Shown: positions 37,710 through 51,937, numbered from the stretch's first letter. The stretch: DNA of 64,000 nucleotides from Heptranchias perlo (GCF_035084215.1 NC_090332.1:1922001-1986000); one strand, 5' to 3'. Notes: generated by a model not told the origin, from the sequence alone. Numbers and translations are program-made.

Positions 37710-40050
37710 CGGAATGTAGAATTATCTACTTTGGACCCAAGAAAGATAAGTCAGAGTATTTTCTAAATGGTGAGAAACTAGAAACTGTAGAGGAGCAAAG
37801 AGAATGAGAGTCCAAGTTCACAAATCATTTAAAGCTACTGGACAGATGCAAAAAGCAATTGGAAAGGTTAATGGAATGTTGGCCTTTATCTCAAGGGGGC
37901 TGGAATACAAAGGGGGGAAAATGATGCTTCAGTTGTATAGAGCCTTGGTTATATCCCATCTGGAGCCATTCAGCCCCTCAAGCCTGTTCTGCCATTCTAA
38001 TAGATCATGGCTGATCTGTACCTTAACTCCATTTGCCCGCCTTTGATCCATATCCCTCGATACCCTTACCCAACAAAAATCATCGATTTCAGTCTTAACA
38101 ATTTCAATTGACCCCCAGCATCCACAGCCTTTTGGGGGAGAGAGTTCCAGATTTCCACTACTGATTATGTGAAAATGTGCCTCCTGATTTCACACCTAAA
38201 CGGCCTGGCTCTAATTTTAAGATTATGCCCCCTTGTTCTGGATTCCCCCTCCAGAGGAAAAAGTATCTACCTACCCTATCGAATCCCTTTATCATTTTAA
38301 ACACCTCAACCATTGAAAGTCAAGCCAATATAAGCCAAGTTTATGCAACCTGTCTTCATAATTTAACCCTTTACAACACTTCAAAAGAACTTCATTGGCT
38401 CTAAAGCACTTGGGAACATCCTGAGGTGGAAAGGCACTATATAAATGCAAGTCTTTTGCTTTTTTTAAGCCCTGATATCATTCTGTTTAATCTGCACTTT
38501 TTTTTATTTGTTCATGTGATGTGGGCATCACTGGCAAGGCCAGCATTTATTGCCCATCCCTAATAGCCCTTGAGAAGCCACCTTTTTGACAACTGAGTGG
38601 TTTGCCAGGCCATTTCAGAGGGCAATTAAGAATCAATCACATTGCTGTGGGTCTGGAGTCACATATAGGCCAGACCGGGTAAAGATGGCAGGTTTCCTTC
38701 CCTGAAGGATATTAGTGAACCAGATGGGTTTTTATGACAAGTAGTTTCATGGCCACCATTACTGATACTAGTTTTTTTTAAATTCCAGATTTTGTTTAAT
38801 TAATTGAATTTAAATTCCCCAGCTGCCATGGTGGGATTTAAACTCCTGACTCCAGATTATTAGTGCAGGCCTCTGGATTACATAACCACTATGCTACTGT
38901 ACCACCTCTAAGGTCAATCTATCCTTCCTGAGATGCGATGCCCAAAACTGAACGCAGTATCTCCAGATGGGGGTCTGACCAAGGTTCTGTACAACTGAAG
39001 CATCACTTCCTCACTTTTGAATTCCAGCCCCCTTGAGATAAAGGCCAACATCCCATCAGCCTTTTTGTTACATTTTGTGCCTGTGCACTAGCCTTTAGTG
39101 ATTTGTGTACCTGGACAGATAAATCCCTTCGCTGCTTCACAGCTCTCAGTCTCTCACCATTTAGAAAATATTCCAATTTCTCTTTCTTGGGTCCAAAGTG
39201 GATGATCTCACACTTTCCCCACATTGAACTCCATGTGCCAGAGTTTTGCCCATTGATTTAGTCTGCTGATGCAACTTTCTGCTCCCATCTACACAACTTA
39301 CTGTGCCTCCTAACTTATTGTCATCTGAAAACCTGGACATACAACTCTCTATTCCTTCATTGCTGGTGAACATCACTTATCACACTTTGTCAATCAGAGT
39401 ACATTCCCTTTATCCCTACTCTCCATCTCCTACCTCCCAACCAATTAACAACCCATGTCACAAAGTTATCTCCAATTCTGTGCGCTTTAATTTTTGCTAA
39501 TAATCTCTTGTGCAGAACCTTACATACTTCCTGGAAGTCCATGTAGACAACATACATAGACACTCCCCTATCCACCCTGCTAGTGACCGCCTCAAAAAAT
39601 TCAACTAAATTAGTCAGACATGACCTACCCTTCACAAATCCATACTGACTCTTTGATCAGCTCATAGAGTAGACAGGGCTGATGGCCGGCGCGGACACGA
39701 TGGGCCGAAGGGCCTCTATCCGTGCTGTATAACTCTATGACTCTATGACTCTATATTTGTCCAAGTGCTCAGTCACTCTGTCCCCAATGATAGATTCCAG
39801 TAACTTCCCCAAAACTGATGTTAAACTGACAGGTCTGTAGTTTCCTGATTTCTCCCTCCCTCCTCAAATAATTTTCAATTTGTCAATCCAAAAGATACAA
39901 TTAATGAATCTAGGGAATTCTGGAAAATTATGACTAATGCATCTCCAATTTCCTCACCAATTTCTTGTAATATCCTGGAGTGGAAACCATCAGTTCCTGG
40001 AGATCTGTCTGTCTTTAGTCCCATTATTTTCTCCATTACCATTTTTAAGC
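37710..40050. mobile_element. Cluster of old CR1 fragments (+ at ~37710-37965; - at ~37965-38370 and ~38905-40050)
   Basis: Degenerate RT/C-terminal motifs (KCEIIHFG, FSDDNKLGG, GRSCLTNLVEFF). Confidence 0.75.
38498..38903 (-). mobile_element. tRNA-headed SINE made of the 5' ~325 bp and 3' ~100 bp of the LINE at 42700-46012
   Basis: A box TAGCATAGTGG; body aligns to 42700-43025, then jumps to 45908-46012; poly(A) tail. Confidence 0.88.
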
Positions 40051-40959
40051 TATGTTGCTCCCTTGACTCATTTACAGAATCAGCCCATTTTACATTAATG
40101 ATGCTCTATATATGTACAAATAATATGTTCCCCTGTGACATGTGGTGAAGTACAACCACTGTATCATTGCTCCTTGCATCAAGTACTGCAACATCACATC
40201 TCTTATCCCATTGCTCTTTGTGGGAGCTTGCTGTGCGCAAATTGCCGCGTTTCCTACATTACAATAGAGACTACACTTCAAAAGTACTTCATTGGCTGTA
40301 AAGCATTTTGGACATCCTGAGGTTGTGAAAGACGCTGTATAAATAAATGCAAGTCCTTTCTTTCTAACTAATAACTTGTATAACAATGGCTGCCAAGGCA
40401 GCGGCACACACTGATCTTCCCTGTATGGTTTATATTCCCTCAATCCCTGATTGTTAGCCTATCACATACTAATAGATTGTGTGTTATATCATGTGCAGCC
40501 GTGTTTATGTATGTGGAGATAATGTGATGTATATTTATGTAGATATTTATATGTTTAGTCTACACAAGTAGTTAGATGATTCTGCAGCCATTGTGAAGGA
40601 GATTTTCCTTGCCCATGTTTGCATTACAGGAGCTGTGTTGTGATATTATTATGTGGACTTGTAAAGGACACGTGTTCCAGATGTGCCTGATATCTGATCT
40701 CTATTTACATATAAGTTAGAACTAAAGTAGGGGTTTCCCATTAGCTCCCTCAGGGCAAACTGATCTTGCTGTGGGAGCCTCGCAAAGGCATCACGCTCAT
40801 TATCTGCATATACAAGGGGTCTAATGCCTGTTTCAGGCACTGGCGTTGGATTTTACCAATATGGCGGTCAGCGCACTTCCGGCTCGTAACGAGCCTGAGC
40901 TTCCTGCCGGCCATATTGAAGGATTAGGAGGCTGTTTAGCCCCCATAAAACGGGCACTG

Positions 40960-41262
40960 CATGGCCAAATTTCTTGGCCATTGAATTTAAAATCTCTCCA
41001 CAGCCTCACTCCCTCCTGTCTCTGCAACTTCCCCCAGGTCCATATTCCCCCCGCACCCTTCGATTCTTGCTGTCACTCTCCCACTCCCGTCAGCCATTTC
41101 GGTCCATACTCTATGGAACCCCTTAAACCTCCCCTCCTCACCGCTACTCTCTCCACCTTTAAAAAATCTATTCAAAACCCTTCTTTCATTGATTTGTTTA
41201 TTTTCTACTTCCTGTAAATAGCCCATGGATATTTTCTGCATTAAAGGTGATGTAGAAATAAA
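40960..41262 (+). mobile_element. Old L2-type 3' end remnant
   Basis: Similarity to 9170-9624 and 17120-17600. Confidence 0.5.
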
Positions 41263-41404
41263 TACACTCAGAAGTGTTGAAAGAGAGGAATTTTCATCAT
41301 GTAGCACATCACACCACCAGGTGACACTGTTGTTCTACTCACCTCACACTAACGACACACATTGATACAGTGGTGAAAATATAATCCTGGCTGGGCTCAT
41401 GGAC

Positions 41405-44400
41405 CAACACACTGAGAGCCACACTGTCACACTCCCTTACACACTGAGAGCCACACTGTCACACTCCTTTACACACTGAGATCCACACTGTCACACTCCC
41501 TTACACACTGAGAGCCACACTGTCACAATCCCTTACACACTGAGAGCCACACTGTCACACTCCCTTACACACTGAGAGCCACACTGTCACAATCCCTTAC
41601 ACACTGAGAGCCACACTGTCACACTCCCTTACACACTGAGAGCCACACTGTCACAATCCCTTACACACTGAGATCCACACTGTCACACTCCTTTAAACAT
41701 GAGATCCACATTGTCACACTCCCTTACACACTGAGATCCACATTGTCACACTCTGCTTTACACACTGAGATCCACACTGTCACACTCCTTTACACACTGA
41801 GATCTACTCTGTCACAAATCTTCACACACAGATCCACACTGTCACACTCCCTTACACACTGAGATCCACACTAACACACTCCTTTACACACTGAGATCCA
41901 TATTGTCACACTCCCTTGCACACTGAGATCCACACTGTCACACTCCTTTACACACTGAGATCCACACTGTCACACTCCTTTACACACTGAGATCCACATT
42001 GTCACACTCCTTTAAACATGAGATCCACATTGTCACACTCCTTTACACACTGAGATCCACACTGTCACACTCCTTTACACACTGAGATCCACATTGTCAC
42101 ACTCCTTTACACACTGAGATCCACATTGTCACACTCTGCTTTACACACTGAGATCCACACGGTCACACTCCTTTACACTCTGAGATGCCCACTGTCACAC
42201 TCCTTTACACACTGAGATCCACATGGTCACACTCTGCTTTACACACTGAGATTCACACTGTCACACTCCTTTACACATTGAATTCCACACTGTCACACTG
42301 CTTTACACACTAAGATCCACACGGTCACACTCCTTTACACACTGAGATGCACACTGTCACACTCCCTTACACACTGAGATCCACAATGTCACACTCCTTT
42401 ACACACTGAATTCCACACCGTCACACTCCTTTTCACACTAAGATCCACACTGTCACACTCCTTTACACACAGATTCACACTGTCACACTCCTTTACACAC
42501 TGAGATCCAGTACTGTCACACTCCTTTACACACTGAGATGCACACTGTCACAATCCTATACACACTGAGATCCAGTACTGTCACACTCCTGTACACACTG
42601 AGATTCACATTGTCACACTCCTTTACACACTGAGATTCACATTGTCACACTCCTTTACACACTGAGATCCAGTACTGTCACACTCCTTTACACACTAAGG
42701 GTACGGTAGCATATTGGTTATGTTACTGGACTAGTAATCCAGAGTCATGAGTTCAAATCCCGCCACGGCAGCTGGTGAATTTAAATTCAATTAATTAATT
42801 AAATTCAATTAATTAAATAAAAATCTGGAATTAAAATACCAGTATCAGTAATGATGGCCATGAAACTACCGGATTGTCGTAAAAACCCATCTGGTTCACT
42901 AATGTTCTTGAGTGAAGGAAACCTGCCGTCCTTACCCGGTCTGGCCGATATGTGACTCCAGACCCAGAGCAATGTGGTTGATTCTTATTTGCCCTCTGAA
43001 ATGGCCTAGCAAGCCACTCAGTTGTAAAATCTCGCTACAAAAAGTCATAATAAGAATAAAACCGGACGGACCACCCGGCATCGGACCACGAGGCACCGGA
43101 CACGACAACGGCAAAACACCAAGCCCAGTCGACCCTGCAAGGTCCTCCTCACTAACATCTGGGGACTTGTGCTAAAATTGGGAGAGCTGTCCCACAGACT
43201 AGTCAAGCAACAGCCTGACATAGCCATACTGACAGAATCATACCTTTCAGCCAACGTCCCAGACTCTCCCATCACCATCCCTGGGTATGTCCTGTCCCAC
43301 CGGCAGGACAGACCCACCAGAGGTGGCGGTACAGTGATATACAGTCAGGAGGGAGTAGCCCTGGGAGTCCTCAACATTGACTCTGGACCCCATGAAATTT
43401 CATGGCATCAGGTCAAACATGGGCAAGGAAACCTCCTGCTGATTACCATCTACCGCCTCCCTCAGCTGATGAATCAGTCCTCCTCCATGTTGAGCACCAC
43501 TTGGAGGAAGCAGTGAGGGTAGCAAGGGCACAAAATGTACTCTGGGTGGGGGACTTCAATGTCCATCACCAAGAGTGGCTCGGTAGCACCACTACTGACC
43601 GAGCTGGCCGAGTCCTGAAGGACATAGCTGCTAGACTGGGCCTGCGGCAGGTGGTGAGCGAACCGACACGAGGGAAAAACTTACTTGACCTTGTCCTCAC
43701 CAATCTACCTGTCGCAAATGCATCTGTCCATGACAGTATTGGTAGGAGTGACCACTGCACAGTCCTCGTGGAGATGAAGTCCCGTCTTCGCACTGAGGAC
43801 ACCATCCAACGTGTTGTGTGGCACTACCACCGTGCTAAATGGGATAGATTCAGAACAGATCTCGCAGCTCGAAACTGGGCATCCATGAGGCGCTGTGGGC
43901 CATCAGCAGCAGCAGAATTGTATTCCACTACAATCTGTAACCTCATGGCCCGGCATATTCCTCACTCTACCATTACCAACAAGCCAGGGGATCAACCCTG
44001 GTTCAATGAGGAGTGTAGAAGAGCATGCCAGGAGCAGCACCAGTCGTACCTAAAAATGAGGTGCCAACCTGGTGAAGCTACAACTCAGGACTACATACAT
44101 GCTAAACAGCGGAAGCAACATGCTATAGACAGAGCTAAGCAATTCCACAACCAACGGATCAGATCAAAGCTCTGCAGTCCTGCCACATCCAGTCGTGAAT
44201 GGTGCTGGACAATTAAACAACTAACGGGAGGAGGAGGCTCTGCAAACATCCCCATCCTCAATGATGGCGGAGTCCAGCACGTGAGTGCAAAAGACAAGGC
44301 TGAAACGTTTGCAACCATCTTCAGACAGAAGTGCCGAGTGGATGATCCATCTCGGCCTCCTCCCGATATCCCCACCATCACAGAAGCCAGTCTTCGGCCA

Positions 44401-47310
44401 ATTCGATTCACTCCACGTGTTATCAAGAAACGGCTGAGTGCACTGGATACAGCAAAGGCTATGGGCCCTGACAACATCCCGGCTGTAGTGCTGAAGACTT
44501 GTGCTCCAGAACTAGCTGCGCCTCTAGCCAAGCTGTTCCAGTACAGCTACAACACTGGCATCTACCCGACAATGTGGAAAATTGCCCAGGTATGTTCTGT
44601 CCACAAAAAGCAGGACAAATCCAATCCGACCAATTACCGTCCCATCAGTCTACTCTCAATCATCAGCAAAGTGATGGAAGGTGTCGTCGACAGTGCTATC
44701 AGGCGGCACTTACTCACCAATAACCTGCTCACCGATGCTCAGTTTGGGTTCCGCCAGGACCACTCGGCTCCAGACCTCATTACAGCGTTGGTCCAAATAT
44801 GGACAAAAGAGCTGAATTCCAGAGGTGAGGTGAGAGTGACTGCCCTTGACATCAAGGCAGCATTTGACCGAGTGTGGCACCAAGGAGCCCTAGTAAAATT
44901 GAAGTCAATGGGAATCAGGGGGAAAACTCTCCAGTGGCTGGAGTCATACCTAGCACAAAGGAAGATGGTAGTGGTTGTTGGAGGCCAATCATCTCAGCCC
45001 CAGGACATTGCTGCAGGAGTTCCTCAGGGCAGTGTCCTCGGCCCAACCATCTTCAGCTGCTTCATCAATGACCTTCCCTCCATCATAAGGTCAGAAATGG
45101 GGATGTTCGCTGATGACTGCATAGTGTTCAGTTCCATTCGCAACCCCTCAAATAATGAAGCAGTCCGAGCCCGCATGCAGCAAGACCTGGACAACATCCA
45201 GGCTTGGGCTCATAAGTGGCAAGAAACATTCGCGCCAGATAAGTGCCAGGCAATGACCATCTCCAACAAGAGAGAGTCTAACCACCTCCCCCTGACATTC
45301 AACGGCATTACCATCACTGAATCCCCAACCATCAACATTCTGGGGGCCACCATTGACCAGAAACTTAACTGGACCAGCCATATAAATACTGTGGCTACGA
45401 GAGCAGGTCAGAGGCTGGGTATTCTGCGGCGAGTGACTCACCTCCTGACTCCCCAAAGCCTTTCCACCATCTACAAGGCACAAGTCAGGAGTGTGATGGA
45501 ATACTCTCCACTTGCTTGGATGAGTGCAGCTCCAACAACACTCAAGAAGCTCGACACCATCCAAGATAAAGCAACCCGCTTGATTGGCACCCCATCCACC
45601 ACCCTAAACATTCACTCCCTTCACCACTGGCGCACTGTGGCTACAGTGTGTACCATCCACAGGATGCACTGCAGCAACTCGCCAAGGCTTCTTCGACAGC
45701 ACCTCCCAAACCCGCGACCTCCACCACCTGGAAGGACAAGAGCAGCAGGCACATGGGAACAACACCACCTGCACGTTCCCCTCCAAGTCACACACCATCC
45801 CGACTTGGAAATATATCGCCGTTCCTTCATTGTCGCTGGGTCAAAATCCTGGAACTCCCTTCCTAACAGCACTGTGGGAGAACCGTCACCACACGGACTG
45901 CAGCGGTTCAAGAAGGCGGCTCAGCACCACCTTCTCGAGGGCAATTAGGGATGGGCAATAAATGCCGGCCTCGCCAGCGACGCCCACATCCCGTGAACGA
46001 ATAAAAAAAAAAACACTGAGATCCACACTTTCACACTCCTTTACACACTGAGATCCAGTACTGTCACACTCCTTTACACTCTGAGATTCACAGTGTCACA
46101 TTCCTTTACACACTGAGATCCACACTTTCACACTCCTTTCCACACTGAGATCCACACTTTCACACTCCTTTACACACTGAGATCCAGTACTGTCACACTC
46201 CTTTACACTCTGAGATTCACAGTGTCACATTCCTTTACACACTGAGATCCACACTTTCACACTCCTTTCCACACTGAGATCCACACTTTCACACTCCTTT
46301 ACACACTGAGATCCAGTACTGTCACACTCCTTTACACACTGAGATCCACACGGTCACACTGCTTTACACATTGAATTCCACACTGTCACACTGCTTTGCA
46401 CACTGAGATCCACACGGTCACACTCCTTTACACACTGAGATTCACACTGTCACAATCCTTTACACACTGAATTCCACACTGTCACACTCCCTTACACACT
46501 GAGATCCACATGGTCACATTCCTTAACACACTGAGATCCACACTGTCACACTCCCTTACACACTGAGATCCACACTAACACACTCCTTTACACACTGAGA
46601 TCCACACTGTCACACTCCTTTACACACTGAGATCCACACTGTCACACTCCTTTAAACATGAGATCCACATTGTCACACTCCTTTACACACTGAGATCCAC
46701 ATTGTCACACTCCTTTACACACTGAGATCCACACTGTCACACTTCTTTACACACTGAGATCCACACTGTCACACTCCTTTACACACTGAGATCCACATTG
46801 TCACACTCCTTTACACACTGAGATCCAGTACTGTCACACTCCTTTACACACTGAGATCCAGTACTGTCACACTCCTTTACACACTGAGATCCACATTGTC
46901 ACATTCCTTTACACACTGAGGTCCAGTACTGTCACACTCCTTTACACACTGAGATTCACATTGTCACATTCCTTTACACACTGAGATCCATTACTGTCAC
47001 ACTCCTTTACACACTGAGATCCAGTACTGTCACACTCCTTTACACACTGAGATCCACACTGTCACACTCCTTTACACACTGAGATCCACATTGTCACATT
47101 CCTTTACACACTGAGATCCAGTACTGTCACACTCCTTTACACACTGAGATCCAGTACTGTCACATTCCTTTACACACTGAGATCCATTACTGTCACACTC
47201 CTTTGCACACTGAGATTCACATTGTCACATTCCTTTGCACACTGAGATCCACACTTTCACACTCCTTTACACACTGAGATCCACACTGTCACATTCCTTT
47301 ACACACTAAT
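41405..47310. repeat. 32-bp minisatellite (ACACACTGAGATCCACACTGTCACACTCCTTT)n, interrupted by a LINE at 42700-46012
   Basis: Direct periodicity on both sides of the insertion. Confidence 0.96.
42700..46012 (+). mobile_element. CR1/L2-group non-LTR retrotransposon, single APE-RT ORF (one frameshift ~43455), tRNA-derived 5' head, poly(A) tail
   Basis: TNIWGL, ILTESYL, GDFN, SDH, NYRPISLLS, GVPQGSVLGP, MFADD; ORF pieces 43169-43455 and 43455-45948; A/B boxes at 42707-17 and 42751-59. Confidence 0.92.
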
Positions 47311-48569
47311 ACACAGAGACAGCATGCATGAGTATTTCAGACCGAATAGTTCACCATCGACAGTACAACCGCAGGGAGTTACTATCTGATTTTAATTATC
47401 TTGTGGAAACAAGTTGATGACAGATGTTTATCTTGAAGGGGCCTCAGGAGATAAGAGAACAGAAACAAACAGATTTGAACATCCATTTCCCGGATTTGGA
47501 AATGGGCTAATGAGGGAGCCCATGTGTGTCTGTCTGCTTTAATTTAATGTATACACGTTAATGATAAGGCAAAGAATTACAGCTCCTAGAGATGGTCTCT
47601 GATGAGATTCGTAACTTGTTATTTAGAGGAAGCTTGTTATATTGCCTGTTATGATGGAGTCTGACATCCTTGACTGAGTGTTTAGAACAAGATGTGACCT
47701 GGTGAAGCAGATGAGGGTTCAGAGGAGGTGGGCCTTTGGCACATGACCCCTTCTCTTTTAGTCACGCACCAAGAGAGGAACTTTGAATCTGCACTCAGCT
47801 TTTCAGATCATTTACCAATCGTCACACTGATGTGAAAGAGAAGCCAGCCAGCTTAACTTCTCAGGATTTAACTGCTGAGCAAGTAGAGAGTGAGAAAAAG
47901 GAACTGAGGTTGCTGGAGTCAAAATAGAACCCGGAGAGGCCACTGGGCTCATCAAACCCATCGGGCTAAATTAGTCTCAGACGGTATTGCAAAAATGGGC
48001 GATAGAGAATCGACAGTCCCTTTCCTGCTCGGTCTTCTTTTCCATTGAAGTCCGTGAAGATCGGGCGGGAAAGGGGCTGTCGATTCGCTATCATCCGTTT
48101 TGCGCTTCTGCCCGAGACTAATTTAGCTCCACAGATCCGTGTACAACCTGTCCTGTCATGGACTCCTCCCAACTCAGGCAATCTCCTCACAGGGCCTAGG
48201 GGACCACGGGTACTGAGAGACCTTCCGTTTGTATCGGGGGTGCTGTTCTTGTGGATGTGGGGCAGAACCTACTGCAGCAAGGGAATTCAATTTGGAAGCC
48301 TTTAAGGCTCAAAAGTGACTGCCACAAACAGGTATCCTAAACCTCCATCCAGCTCTCTCCGACGGCAACTGAAGGTCCCTTTAATTTACCTTGACAATGG
48401 GCACGTCCTGACTTGTACCGCCCAGGTTTGCAGTACATGTCAGGTCCGTCAGCGTTAGTAGAGAGGGGAAGATAGGGCCACGTATCGGGCTGGGCCTCTC
48501 TATCTAACCCAGGCACTGGAAGACAATCCGGCATTTCAGCAGAATCAGGGAAAAGAAAGGAACGCCCAG

Positions 48570-49027
48570 ACAGATTTGCATTTCTATAGTGCCTTTCATG
48601 ACCTCAAGACCTCCCAAAGTGCTTTAGAACCAATGAAGTACTTTTGAAGTGTAGTCACTGTTGTAATGTAGGAAATGCGGCAGCCAATTTGCGCACAGCA
48701 AGATCCCACAAACAGCAATGATTTAAATGACCAGATCATCTCCTTTTTGGTGATGTTGGTTGAGAGATATTGTCCAGGACACTGGGGAGAACTCCCCTGT
48801 TCTTCTTCCAGAAGTGCCATGGGATCTTTTACGTCCACCTGAGAGGGCAGACAGGGTCACAGTTTAATGTCTCATCCAAAAAACAGCTCCTTGGGCAGTG
48901 CAGTACTCCCTCAGTATTGCACTGGAGCGTCAGCCTAGATTATGTGCTCAAGTCTCTGGAGTGGGGTTTGATCCCACAACATTCTGATTCAGAGGTGAGA
49001 GTGGTACCATTGAGCCATGGCTGGCAC
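48570..49027 (-). mobile_element. Full-length tRNA-derived Deu-domain SINE (SacSINE1-like)
   Basis: TGGCTCAATGG A box, central Deu-like domain, ...AAAGGCACTATAGAAATGCAA tail. Confidence 0.85.
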
Positions 49028-50390
49028 AACAGATGCCACAGAGAGGTAGTTACTGGGCTAAATCACCTGTTTAAAGGTGAGCAGGGAGTTGATATAAGTG
49101 ATCACCTCAGAGAGACAACGGGAAGATAGTAAAAGAATGTGGGAATAGCTACAACAGTCTGACGGTAAATAAAAGCATTGGTCTCATTAATGCCAACCGC
49201 CTGGCAAATCCAACTGGGTAAGTAGCAAAGTGCTAACGAGCTGGCAGAGACCACCTCCGCCCTCCTCCCAGCTCCTCCTCACACCAACCCCACCAGTAAA
49301 TAACATATACAGAGGCCCCCGCAACTCCCGGGCACAAAGTCCCCCAACCTGTATTACAAAGGCCTCACCTGGATGTATTCAACTCAGAACCCTGGGTTCA
49401 ATCAGCTGTCCTTTCCCTGCACCCCCATCCCAACGATGATAGAATCTCACAGCACAGACAGAGGCCATTCGGCCCATTGTGCCTGTGCTGGCTCTTCGGC
49501 AGAGCTATCCAATTAGTCTCACTCCCACCCTGCTCATTCCCCAGAGCCCTGAAATTTGTTCCCCTTCAAGTATTTATCCAATTCTCTTTTGAAAGTTATT
49601 ATTGAATCTGCTTCCACCGCCCTTTCAGGCAGTAAATTCCAGATCATAACAACTCTCTGCGTAAAAAAAAAATTCTCCTCATCTCCCCCTGGTACTTTTG
49701 CCAATTACCTTAAATCTGTGTCCTCTGGCGCTATCCATCAGGCTGAGGTATCTGGATTGGTTTTGGACTCCTTTCTCAAAAGAAATTACCTTCAGAGAAC
49801 TGAGCTCGTTTAAAAAATGAGGTTACTTTCTAATGATATGAGAATGTTGGAGACTGGAGTCCGTTAGTTATGACAGTGAGAGCTCTGCAGAATCATTACC
49901 CAGCCAATAAACATCGGTGACATGAAGCTCAGAGACTGATGCTGTTGCTGTCCAATTATAGAACCATTGTTCCCAGAATACTGCTGTAGGTTTCTCGTAG
50001 TCTGTACCTGTTAATCATCCGGGTATTGCTGGAACTCATCGACTTTCAAAATCCACACATTATTTCAGTAATGCATTCTGTGCCCTGTCAATGTGAATCG
50101 ATATCCATCATTCCTGGAACAAACTGTACAATTTAATCATTTATTCTGGTACAGAAATGCGGGTGTGCCCCCCAGCGCCTTAACTTTTAGATTTCCCAAA
50201 TGTCCCCCTTCTCCTCACCCTCTGCTGAAAGCCCGGACTCTTGCTGGGCTGGGTTGTATGCAGCCCTCTTTCCATCTGACCCTTATTCAGATGTGTGTCA
50301 GGACAGTGAGTGAATCACAGAATCTTACAGCACAGAAGGAGGCCATTCGACCCATCATGCCTCTGCTGGCTCTATTGAAAAGGTTTTATT

Positions 50391-50830
50391 CTAATCTAAC
50401 CCGTGCTGCACCCGCCCTGGGAGTGTTTGATGGGACAGTGTAGAGGGAGCTTTACTCTGTATCTAACCCGTGCTGTACCTGCCCTGGGAGTGTTTGATGG
50501 GACAGTGTAGAGGGAGCTTTACTCTGTATCTAACCCGTGCTGTACCTGCCCTGGGAGTGTTTGATGGGACAGTGTAGAGGGAGCTTTACTCTGTATCTAA
50601 CCCGTGCTGTACCTGCCCTGGGAGTGTTTGATGGGACAGTGTAGAGGGAGCTTTACTCTGTATCTAACCCGTGCTGTACCTGCCCTGGGAGTGTTTGATG
50701 GGACAGTGTAGAGGGAGCTTTACTCTGTATCTAACCCGTGCTGTACCTGCCCTGGGAATGTTTGATGGGACAGTGTAGAGGGAGCTTTACTCTGTATCTA
50801 ATCCGTGCTGTACCTGCCCTGGGAGTGTTT
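50391..50830 (+). repeat. 67-bp minisatellite (CTAACCCGTGCTGTACCTGCCCTGGGAGTGTTTGATGGGACAGTGTAGAGGGAGCTTTACTCTGTAT)n, ~6.5 units
   Basis: Direct 67-bp periodicity. Confidence 0.96.
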
Positions 50831-51477
50831 ATTGAGGCAGTAAGTACCTGAAATGGAAAGTGACCCATTCCCCAAAATTAATATCCCTCAAATTGATGTG
50901 CATAAAAAGTTTAAATAATGGATAATGTTTGTAATATATTTATTTGTTAGCAAAGTATGATAATTAACTGCCAACTAAACCCAATTTGGCAGTCTAACAG
51001 TTCCACTGCGGCACTCAATCACCCTGACTTCCTATGAAACAGAACAGGTTTCCGTTTTCTGGTGTTGATGTGTCAATCAAACAGGGAGCTCTTCATGTGG
51101 AAGAGAAACAAACAGCTCCAAGTGCCTGCGAGGCAGATCACCATGTTCCAGCGCTGTGCCCCACTCTATTCCACTCCTCCACTTCGTCTCTCTGACTCCT
51201 GCTCGAATATAAATGAGAATGAACTCTCCCCGCAGCTCATTAGCAGATGTGTGAGATCCACACATCTGCAGATTTGGCATTTCTTCATGGTTGGAGTGGA
51301 ATGGGAAGTGATCTGTGAGTCAGGTCCGTGATGGCTCAGTGACTCATTTCCTCTTGCTGCTGGTACAGGAGATTGCGATCTGAATGTTGGCAGCAATTGG
51401 AGGAACTTGATAACATATCAGGCAATGTCCTAAAATAAATCTCTCCTACATTGGACTAAATATGATGTTAGCGATAT

Positions 51478-51937
51478 ATACATTTAAATAGCACCTTTTA
51501 CAACTCAGGATGACCCAAAGCGCTTTACAGCCAATGAAATACTTTTGAAGTGTAGTCACTGTTGTGATGTAGCAAACGCGGCAACCAATTTGCACACAGC
51601 AAGATCCCACAAACAGCAATGTGATAAATGACCAGATAATCTGTTTTCGTGATGTTGGTTGAGGGATGAATATTAGCCAGGACAGCGGGGAGAACTCCCC
51701 CCTGCTGGTCTTCGAAATAGTGGCCGTGAGATCTTTTACATCCACCTGAGAGGGCAGACAGGGCTTCGGTTTAACGTCTCATCCAAAAGACGGCACGTCT
51801 AACAATGCAGCACTCCCTCAGTACTGCACTGGGAGCGTCAGCCTGGATATTGTGCTCAAGTCTCTGGAGTGGGACTGTGAACCCACGACCTTTAGACTCA
51901 AAGGCAAGAGGGCTACTCACTGAGCCACGGCTGACCC
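51478..51937 (-). mobile_element. Full-length tRNA-derived Deu-domain SINE (SacSINE1-like)
   Basis: TGGCTCAGTGAG A box, GGTTCACAGTCC B-box-like, same body as 48570-49027. Confidence 0.85.

Noticed and set aside
42700-42770. Functional tRNA-Thr gene
   Set aside because: No convincing acceptor stem or downstream T-run terminator; it is the head of a repeat with other copies in the window
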